Assembly: GCA_964291625.2 (NCBI GenBank)
Contig: OZ220089.1
Span: 4,448,001 to 4,512,000, forward strand
Source: Candidatus Latescibacterota bacterium
GTDB lineage: Bacteria > Latescibacterota > UBA2968 > UBA8231
DNA length: 64,000 nt
Reading direction: 5' to 3'
Positions 56,609 through 64,000 of this stretch are shown here, piece by piece (the stretch's first letter is position 1; the number at the start of each line of letters is the position of its first letter). A model generated the notes under the pieces. That model had not been told where the DNA came from. It saw nothing but the letters and a program-made list of their open reading frames with translations, and searched no databases. Position numbers and translations under genes: made by a program.

Positions 56609-57688
56609 CTACGCCGCCGGCGCGATCGACCGCACCGCCTCCGACCAGTCCCGCCACAAGTCGCCGCTGGGGTCCCGCTTGACCACCTCGTCCGGCACCG
56701 ACTCGGTCGTCTTGGCGAAGGCGTAGATCGTCGCCTGGCGGATCACGTCGCGGCGCCGGTTCTGACCGGCCATGTGGAGCAGGTTCGCGTGCCAGAGCAC
56801 GACCGAGCCCGTGGGGCCGGCGGTCTCCACCGGCTCGGTGTCGGCCTTGATCTCCGGGAGCGGCGGCGCGGTGTACCCGTCCCACTCGGGTGACCCCTCC
56901 GGCACGGCGGGCGGCGGGCAGTCCCGGTGCAGGGCCTCCCGGTGGTCCCAGATGCGCCGGTGGCTCCCCGGGAACAGGGTCAGGCCGCCGGCCTTCTCCG
57001 GCAGGTCGTCGATGTAGGCGGCGATCTGGATCCGCCAGCGCGTCTCGTAGAGGGCCTCGGCGTGGGCGCCGCGGTAGTGGGCGGGGGGCTCCGGGCTGTT
57101 CGGGAGGGTGCAGTACAGGCCGCGGGTGCCCTGGGCCGTCATCCACGTCGGCCCGGTCTTCGGCAGGCGCACCTGCTCGGTCCGGCCCGTGGCCGGGCCG
57201 GTCCACCTTTCGGGCTCGCCGCCGAGGTGGGGATCGAAGCCCTGGAGGGTCCCTTCGGTCAGCAGGCACGGGCCGGTGGTCTCGCCGTTCTCGTCGGCGC
57301 CCGCGGGCCACACCACCTCGCCCTCGCCCAGCAGCTGCTCGGCGACGCCCCACAGGGCGCGGGGCGCCAGGTCCAGCAGCAGCTCCTCGACCCCGTTGCG
57401 GATGTAGTACCGGTGGTTGCTGCCGGAGAAGTACGGATCGCCCCCGGTGTCGGCGCGAGGGTAGGAGGCCTTCTCCTCCTCCGAGAACGGGACCCAGGTG
57501 GCCGGGTCGCCGCGGCGCATGGCGGGGCGGTACTCGTCGATGATCTCCCACATCTGGTCCCGCGCCCGGCGGCACAGGTCCGGGTCGAGCACGCCCGGCA
57601 GGATCAACATGCCGTCGCGCTTGAACAGAGCGATCTGCTTCTCGGTGAGGGGATCGACCTGGTGCAGGTCGGGCGAGGGCTTGGTCAT
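56609..57688 (-). CDS. Phytanoyl-CoA dioxygenase (PhyH) family protein
   Basis: QIALFKRDGMLILPGVL, GGLTLFPGSH, GSVVLWHANLLHMAG; ATG 57688 after AGGAG. Confidence 0.87.
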   Translation of the reverse strand: MTKPSPDLHQVDPLTEKQIALFKRDGMLILPGVLDPDLCRRARDQMWEIIDEYRPAMRRGDPATWVPFSEEEKASYPRADTGGDPYFSGSNHRYYIRNGVEELLLDLAPRALWGVAEQLLGEGEVVWPAGADENGETTGPCLLTEGTLQGFDPHLGGEPERWTGPATGRTEQVRLPKTGPTWMTAQGTRGLYCTLPNSPEPPAHYRGAHAEALYETRWRIQIAAYIDDLPEKAGGLTLFPGSHRRIWDHREALHRDCPPPAVPEGSPEWDGYTAPPLPEIKADTEPVETAGPTGSVVLWHANLLHMAGQNRRRDVIRQATIYAFAKTTESVPDEVVKRDPSGDLWRDWSEAVRSIAPAA

Positions 57689-57733
57689 GGGACGGCTCCT
57701 GAGGGGTGGACGCATCGGCGGCGGGAGTGTCGT

Positions 57734-57762
57734 ATTGTGTGCTGCCGGGAGGCCGGGCTCAA
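57734..57762 (-). promoter_or_regulatory. Putative sigma70-type promoter for 56609..57688
   Basis: TTGAGC (57762-57757), 17 bp spacer, CACAAT (57739-57734). Confidence 0.45.
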
Positions 57763-57800
57763 GTGGCCGCCCGGACCCGCCTCGGAAGGAGGGTTTCCCG

Positions 57801-59167
57801 ATGAGCGACCGAGGGACCGCCACCAGGGGACGCAGGCACGCCCTCCTCCTCTTCCTGCAGGCCCTGGGCCTGAGCGCCTGCGGGCCGAGTCTCGACGACC
57901 TGGTGGAGCGGCTCGAAGACCCGGAAGAGCGGGAATCGGCGCGCCAGGAGCTGCTGCTGGCCACCGACCGCGCCGTGCCGCCGCTGCTGGCGGCCCTCGA
58001 GGATCCCGCCCGGGCCGAGGCGCGCCCGCACCTGGTTGGGGCCCTGCTCAGCCTGATGACGCGGGTCGAGGACGGACGCATCCTCCCCCGTCTGGAGCAC
58101 CACCTCCTCACCGACGGCGCCCCCGAGGTCCGGGCCCGCATCGCCCGGGGGCTGGGCGTGCAGGAACGGGTCGAGGCCGCGGGCGCTCTCGTCCAGGCCC
58201 TGGAGACGGAGACGGAGGCGGCAGTTCTCCATGAGTGCCTCCTGGCCCTGAACCGTCTCGACGATCTCGAAGAGGATCTGGGAGAGCGCGCCCACGCCGT
58301 GGCGCGGAGGCTGGCGGGATCCACCCACACCGGGACACGCATGGAGGCGCGGATCCGACTCGCCGGGGCCGTGGACAGGCTTCTGGAGGAGGCCCGCAAG
58401 GCCGAGCTCGAGGCCGACCTGGCCCTGGCGCTGGATCTCTACCGTCAGGCCGTCGCCGCCTTTCCCGGCAGCCGGCGGGCCAACCACCGGCTGGCCAGGC
58501 ACCTCTTCGACAACGGCCGCGTCGACGAAGGCCTGGAGCGCCTGCGGCAGCACGGCATGCTTCTGGACCTTCCCCGCTTCCCGTCGGCGCCGCGGATCGA
58601 CGGCCGGCTCGACGAGCCCCTGTGGGCCGCGGCGGCGCGGGCCGACACCTTCTACCAGTTCAGCAACCAACACAACGCCGCCGTGGCTTCCGATCTCCGG
58701 ACCGAGCTCCTCCTCGGCTACACCTCCGAGGCCCTGTTCCTCGGGTTCCGGGGGTTCGACGATCAGCTCGACAGCCTCGTCGTCACGGACAGCGGTCACG
58801 ACGAGCACATCTTCAGGGAGGACATGGTGGAGGTCTTCATCGACGCGGACCTCGATCGTCGGGACTACGTGCACAGCGGGGTCAACACGAGGGGGTCGTA
58901 TCGGACAGGTTCATATCCGGGAGAGGCCGTTTCGACCATGAATGGGAGGCCGACGGCCAGGCGGCCGCCCACGTCGGGGACGATCTCTGGTCGGTGGAAT
59001 ACCGGCTGGAGTTCGGACAGCCGGAGCTGCCGCGGCCGAAACCCGGGGCGGTCTGGGGGTTCAACTTCGTACGGACCTTCCGCGGGCGGGAGTACACGCA
59101 GTGGGTCCGCACCTTCGGCATGAACGCTCACGACCCCGACGACTTCGGCGACCTCCTGTTCCGCTGA
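57801..59167 (+). CDS. Lipoprotein with HEAT repeats, TPR and a CBM9-like domain; -1 frameshift in the G5 run at 58891-58895
   Basis: Lipobox LSAC; PRIDGRLDEPLW, DMVEVFID. Adding one G gives NTRGVVSD and joins WSVEYRL...WGFNFVR...FGDLLFR. Confidence 0.82.
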
Positions 59168-60332
59168 TGGACCCCGCGGAGAGGGTGAGGACCCGGGTGG
59201 AGGCCGCCTTCGAGCGGCGGGAGGGCCGCAAGCTGACCCCCCGGGAGAGGGAGTTCGTCACCGCCGCCGCCCACGAGGCGAGCGACGACAGCCACGCCGA
59301 GTGCGACGTTCCCCGGATGGAGGCCCTGCTGAAGCAGGACCCTTCCCTGGTGGCCACGGTCGGACCGCTGGCCCTGGTGCCGGCCGCCGTCTACCACGGG
59401 ACCCACGACGCGGTGCGGTTTCTGCTGGATCAGGGTGTCGACCAGCTCTACGACTGCCAGACGGGGATGGACCGCCGGCACGAGTACCACCCGGTCTTCC
59501 GGGCCTTCGCCAACGGCAACCTGCGGTCCCTGCGGACGCTCTTCGACGCGGGGGTCTCGAACGCCAACGTGGTCAACGCAAAGCCCCGGGGCATCCCCGG
59601 CAACGCCACCCTGCTCTACGGATGCATCGGCAGGCCGCGGGAGGTGGCGGAGTTCGTCCTCGAGCACGGGGGCGACCCGGAAGCCGAGCTCACCGGCAAC
59701 GGCGAACGGGGCCGCACGGTGCTCCAGGACGCCGTGGCCCCGCCCTTCGACGGCGCCTTCTCGCCCTGGCACAATCCCGGGCTGTGGGGGGAGCGGATGC
59801 GGTTCGCCGAGTTCCTCCTCGAGCGCGGGGCGTACTACGACCTCTACTCGGCCTGCGGCCGGGACGACCTGCCCCGCGTGCGGGAGCTGGTGTCGACTGG
59901 GGAGGACCGTCGGTCACGGATCTGGCTGCTGGCCGCCCACGGCGCCGCCACGAGGCCGGTCCTCGGCGCCGACACCTCGATGACGCCGCTCCACTGGGCG
60001 GTGCGGGGCGATGCCCGCCGCTGCGCGGCCTGGCTCCTGGCCGAGGGAGCCGAGGTCGATGCCGCGACCGGACCGACCGCACGCCCCTTCACCTGGCCGC
60101 GGAGTGGGGACGCACGGAGATGATCTGGCTGCTGGCCGCCCACGGCGCCGACCTGGACCAGCCCGACTCGAAGGGGCGCACGCCCCTGCACCGGTCGACC
60201 TACACCGGCGAGGTCGAGGCGGCGGAGATCCTGATCGTCCTCGGGGCCGACACCTCGGTCGAGACCCCCGCGGGCCGGACCGCCATCCAGCTGGCCCGGT
60301 TCGGATGCAGGTTCCTGAAGGAGTCGCCGTGA
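59167..60332 (+). CDS. Ankyrin repeat protein; -1 frameshift near 60068
   Basis: TGATG coupling; AVRFLLDQG, TPLHWA...LLAEGAEVDA; after the shift RTPLHLAA...HGADLD...GRTPLH. Confidence 0.82.
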
Positions 60333-60350
60333 ACGCGGGGCGGGGCAACC

Positions 60351-61618
60351 CTACTTCTGCGTGGGCACCCGGCGCGACCAGTCCTGCCCGTCGACCCCAC
60401 GACTGCTGGTCGCGGGCCATCTGCTGGCCCTTCTCGTAGTGGGCACCCGGCGCGACCAGTTGGTCGATTCGCCGACAGGGGGTGGTTGGCGCGGATCGCC
60501 CCCTCGGGAAAGAGGTACCAGTCCTCGCGGTCGACGCGGTAGCCTCGAATGTGGGCGCGGGGGGCGTCGTCGGTGACGTAGTTGACCACGTAGAGGGCGC
60601 CGTCGGGCAGCTGCACCCAGCCCGAGTAGCCGCTGTCCGCCGACAAGGCGCGGTCGTTGTCGAGAAAGGCGAAGCGGGCCTCGGTCTCCCCCTGGTACTG
60701 CTCCGGGTCGGCGGGAGCGCCGCCGGGGGCGGGAGCGCCGCGCAGGGCCTCGGCGGCGGTTTCCACGTATAGGCCGAGTGAGGTAGACAGCCCGCAGGCG
60801 ACCCGGTAGGTGACGGCCACCTCCCCCGAGCGCAGGCGCCCCACCGAGGGGCGGCCGAGGCAGCTCGTCATCCGGGTCCGCACCGGCGTCGACCAGGACC
60901 GGCCGCCGTCCCGGGAGAAGCTCTTCCAGGCGCTCAGGCCCTCGCCGTCCTCGCGCAGGTAGCAGACCAGGGTGCCGTCGTCCATCTCGGCGAAGTCCCC
61001 CTCGTTCAGCCGCCAGGGGCGGCCGGTCCAGGGGGATCCCTCGGGGTCCGGGATCCTGAAGGGCCCGTCCCAGGTGCGGCCCTGGTCGCCCGAGAGGAAG
61101 CAGGTCGGCGCCTCCACGTAGTCCTCCACGCCCTTCGGACCCGGCCACTGCTCGGTGACGCCGATGATCAGGTCGCCGCCGGACAGCTCCTTGATCGAGG
61201 GGACGATGCCCTCGGTGAGACCGGTCTCCTCCGGTCCCTCCCAGGTGGCCCCGTGGTCGCGGCTGCGCAGCAGCAGGTTCATGCACGGGTGCGGCTCCAG
61301 GTACTCCTCGAAGGTCTCCCTCAGAAGCAGGTCGACGACGAGCAGCAGGGTGCCGTCGCGGCAGGCGGCGATGCGCGAGCAGTTGAGCCGGCCCAGCCCC
61401 CGGGCCGTCTCCTCCTCGGTGCGCTCGACCACCACCTGGCGCGGGCCCCAGGTCAGGCCGCGGTCGAAGCTGCGTCGCACGATGACCCGCGAGAAGGGGC
61501 GCGAGCTGTGGCCCATGCTCTCGCGGTACGTGCAGACCAGGGTGCCGTCGTCGGCCCGGGCCACGTCGGCGAAGGCCTCGTAGATCTCGTCGTTGCGGGA
61601 TACGGTGATCGTCTGCAT
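60351..61618 (-). CDS. BNR/Asp-box sialidase-like protein; 3' end disrupted by a 22-bp duplication and frameshifts
   Basis: Asp boxes SFDRGLTW, SRDHGATW, SGDQGRTW, SRDGGRSW; DSGYSGWVQL. The natural C-terminus (...HYEKGQQMARDQQSW-VDGQDWSRRVPTQK*) is spread over three frames. Confidence 0.82.
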
Positions 61619-61624
61619 GCGGCC

Positions 61625-61686
61625 AAGGTCGGCAGCGGCGCGGCCGGGGTCAACGTTTGGAGGACCTCCGGGCCGGGCGGTATCTT
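61625..61686. promoter_or_regulatory. Back-to-back putative leaderless promoters
   Basis: Minus strand: TTGACC-17-GACCTT-6-ATG(61618). Plus strand: TTGGAG-18-TATCTT-8-ATG(61695). Neither gene has a Shine-Dalgarno sequence. Confidence 0.5.
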
Positions 61687-61694
61687 GAGCCGCC

Positions 61695-62573
61695 ATGAGC
61701 GACGGCAACGACAGCGGCGGCGGCTTCGAGCGGCCCTTCCCCGCCCTGACGCCGGCCCAGCGCTACCACTTGGACGTGTACGGCTACGTCGTCGTGCCGG
61801 GCACCTTGAGCGCCGACGAGACGGGGCGCCTGTTGGAGGCGATGCAGCGGCTCAAGGCCGATCTGATCGCCGCGGGCGACGGCGCCGTGGTGCGCGGCTG
61901 CCGGCTGAGCGCCGACCGGCCCCACCACCGTCACTTCGCGCACATCCTGGAGGCGGACCCGGCGATCTACGACTACCTCACGCACCCGAGGCTGGTGGGC
62001 ATGGCCGAGGAGCTGGTGGGCGGCGAGGTGCGGCTCGAGGAGTCGGAGGCGGTCATCAACGAGCGCGACCCGGGCAACCCGCCGCGGCCCGGCGACCGCT
62101 TCGGCTTCCACACCGGCACCCGGCCCGACCTGGGGACCTACACCGAGAACGGCCTCTTCCACTGCACCTTCGTCAAGACCCTGACCAACCTCACCGACCT
62201 CGGTCCCGACGACGGCGGCACGGTCTGCATCGCCGGCAGCCACAAGATCAAGGCGCCGCGCGACGAGATCATCGCCTGCGCGTACGAAGACCCGTCGCTG
62301 ATCCACCAGGTGGTGGCGCCGGCGGGCTCGACCCTGCTCTTCGGCGAGGCCCTGATCCACGCCACGGGACACATCCGCTCGGACCGCGAGCGGGTCATCG
62401 TCATCGGGGGATACACGCCGACCATGTTCCAGGCCTGGAACGGGCAGGAGCCGAGCCCCGAGTTCGTGGCCGCCGCGCCGGAGGAGCACCGGCCGCTGCT
62501 GTCGGGCAGCCGCCGCTGGAGCTGGGAGCAGAGGCACCGGACCCTGGCGGAGCCGCCCGCCGACGCCGGATGA
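61695..62573 (+). CDS. Phytanoyl-CoA dioxygenase (PhyH) family protein
   Basis: QRYHLDVYGYVVVPGTL, FHTG, LTDLGPDDGGTVCIAGSHK, AGSTLLFGEALIHAT. Confidence 0.9.
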   Translation: MSDGNDSGGGFERPFPALTPAQRYHLDVYGYVVVPGTLSADETGRLLEAMQRLKADLIAAGDGAVVRGCRLSADRPHHRHFAHILEADPAIYDYLTHPRLVGMAEELVGGEVRLEESEAVINERDPGNPPRPGDRFGFHTGTRPDLGTYTENGLFHCTFVKTLTNLTDLGPDDGGTVCIAGSHKIKAPRDEIIACAYEDPSLIHQVVAPAGSTLLFGEALIHATGHIRSDRERVIVIGGYTPTMFQAWNGQEPSPEFVAAAPEEHRPLLSGSRRWSWEQRHRTLAEPPADAG

Positions 62574-62581
62574 CCGCCGGC

Positions 62582-63589
62582 TCAGAACGCGGGCATCTCC
62601 ACCTTCTGCGGGCGGCCGCTGCCGATCGAGTCGATGATGCGCTCCACCAGCAGGGTGGAGCGGATGCCCTCGCGGGAGCTGATGGCGGGCCCCGTGCCGG
62701 CGCGGACGGCGGCCACCAGGTCGCCGATGCGCGGCACCCGTCCGGGCTTGACCGTCTCGCTCACCAGCTCGCCCGAATCGGGGTCGGGGGCGGTGAAGGT
62801 GGCGGTCCCGAAGTGCTCGTGGAGGACGGCGGTGCCGGCGCCGTCGAAGAACTCGAAGAACCACTTCGACAGCAGCTCGTTGCGGCCGGCGTCGGTCATC
62901 AGGAAGGTGGCCACCGAGCCGTTGCCGAAGCGCAGGGTGGCGGCCGCCGTGTCGACCATCTCGGCGCTGCCGAGCTGCCCGGGGTGGGTGACTTGGCCGC
63001 CGGTGGCGAAGACCTCCACCGGGTCGTCGTCGTGGAGCCAGCAGAGCAGGTCGAGGGCGTGGACGCCGACGTCGTAGAGGGGGCCGCCGCCGACCTCCGG
63101 GTGCCAGCGCCAGGTCGTCAGGTCGGCGGGCGCCTGGGTGCACTGGCCGTGGCTGACCAGGGGCCGGCCGAGGCGCTCGCGCACGGCGCGGGCGGCGCCG
63201 GAGAAGCGGATGGAGAAGTTCAGCATCAGGCGCCGGTCCGCGGCCTTGCGCGCCGCCTCGATGCGCAGGCAGTCGGCCACGGTCATGGCCATCGGCTTCT
63301 CGAGCCAGAGGTGCTTGCCGGCCTCGAGGGCGGCCACCGCCAGGTCGGCGTGGGAGTCGTGGGCCGTGGCGATGGAGAGGATGGCGATCCCGGGGTCGGA
63401 GAACAGCCGCTCCGGGTCGGTGGTGTGCACGGCGCCCTCGTGCTCCGCGGCGAGCCGCTCGGCGGACCGTGGGTCGACGTCGCAGAAGGCGCGCACGGCG
63501 ACTTCGGGGTGCTCCGCCGCGCCGCGGGCGTGGCCGCCGCCGGCGCCGCCGCAGCCGATGAGGCCCCAGCCAAGGGGCGTATCCGTCAT
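62582..63589 (-). CDS. Gfo/Idh/MocA family oxidoreductase
   Basis: LIGCGGAG, HLWLEKPM, GGGPLYDVGVHALD; ATG 63589 after AAGGAG. Confidence 0.92.
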   Translation of the reverse strand: MTDTPLGWGLIGCGGAGGGHARGAAEHPEVAVRAFCDVDPRSAERLAAEHEGAVHTTDPERLFSDPGIAILSIATAHDSHADLAVAALEAGKHLWLEKPMAMTVADCLRIEAARKAADRRLMLNFSIRFSGAARAVRERLGRPLVSHGQCTQAPADLTTWRWHPEVGGGPLYDVGVHALDLLCWLHDDDPVEVFATGGQVTHPGQLGSAEMVDTAAATLRFGNGSVATFLMTDAGRNELLSKWFFEFFDGAGTAVLHEHFGTATFTAPDPDSGELVSETVKPGRVPRIGDLVAAVRAGTGPAISSREGIRSTLLVERIIDSIGSGRPQKVEMPAF

Positions 63590-63637
63590 GTCATGGGCTC
63601 CTTTTCGAGGGGGGCCGGAGAATAGGGGAGAGGGAGG

Positions 63638-64000
63638 ATGAGACTCAAGTTCGCGTTTCTCGGCGCCTGGCACAGCCACGCCTCCATGCACGTGGAGGAG
63701 GCCCACCGCCGCCCGGAGGAGTTCGAGCTGCTGGGCATGTACGACCCCGACGACGGGGTCATCGCCAACAGGCAGGAGCGCTGGGCCGGGTTCGGGGCGC
63801 CACCGGTCTTCCCCTCCGTGGAGGCCGTGCTCGAGAGCGAGGCGGAGGCCGTCGTCGTCGAGGGCCACGTCTACCAGAACCTCGACTACGCCGAGGCGGC
63901 CCTGCGGGCCGGCAAGCACGTCCTGCTCGAGAAGCCGGCGGGCGTCGATCTGGCCCAGTTCTCGCGCATCCAGGATCTGGCGGGTCAGGCCGGTCTGCAA
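63638..64000 (+). CDS. Gfo/Idh/MocA family oxidoreductase, truncated at the right window edge
   Basis: Translated by hand: MRLKFAFLGAWHSHA...AALRAGKHVLLEKPAG; RBS GGGAGG. Confidence 0.88.
   Translation, partial: MRLKFAFLGAWHSHASMHVEEAHRRPEEFELLGMYDPDDGVIANRQERWAGFGAPPVFPSVEAVLESEAEAVVVEGHVYQNLDYAEAALRAGKHVLLEKPAGVDLAQFSRIQDLAGQAGLQ

Noticed and set aside
58885-58900. Programmed frameshift or phase variation at the G5 run
   Set aside because: The run is too short and there is no slippery heptamer or clear stimulatory structure; a homopolymer error is simpler.
59905-60260. Diversity-generating retroelement TR/VR pair
   Set aside because: The repeats are under 30 bp, show no adenine-specific mismatches, and no reverse transcriptase is in the window.
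60361-60460. 22-bp direct repeat as a mini-CRISPR or att site pair
   Set aside because: Only two copies, lying within a coding tail, with no integrase or tRNA nearby.
743-64000. Many long antisense or off-frame ORFs (for example 743..2728+, 2604..5078+, 10691..13954+, 12864..17900-, 28237..31962-, 44489..47641+)
   Set aside because: Shadows of real genes in high-GC DNA: Arg/Pro/Gly-rich or V/E/D antisense-type composition, no motifs, and full overlap with recognisable CDS.
1-64000. Prophage, IS element, defence system, tRNA or rRNA
   Set aside because: No integrase, transposase, nuclease, phage structural or stable-RNA signature was recognised on either strand.

Overview
A very GC-rich (roughly 70% by eye), gene-dense bacterial window of about 40 CDS with no rRNA, tRNA, CRISPR, transposase or integrase. 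The content is a porZ-porU-like pair, five secreted proteins with FlgD-Ig/T9SS-like C-terminal domains, three DUF6785/DUF6784-type membrane proteins, five Gfo/Idh/MocA dehydrogenases, two enolase-superfamily paralogs, two PhyH dioxygenases, and ankyrin, TPR and ASPIC proteins. This mix suggests an FCB-group lineage such as Latescibacterota, possibly host-associated (inference). Highlights: (i) a T9SS-like attachment module whose PorU-like C25 peptidase has Ser at the catalytic Cys position, near two tandem paralogous ~900-aa putative outer-membrane proteins of unknown family; (ii) a chimeric junction at 41.9 kb that places lacI and ogl as two cassettes between the same pair of homology arms; (iii) short templated duplications inside two genes near 60 kb; (iv) an ~80-bp tandem repeat with a covarying hairpin; (v) several candidate leaderless promoters. 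Five single-base frameshifts are probably sequencing errors. Most long ORFs in the supplied track are antisense or off-frame shadows. All family assignments come from motif recognition, not database searches.
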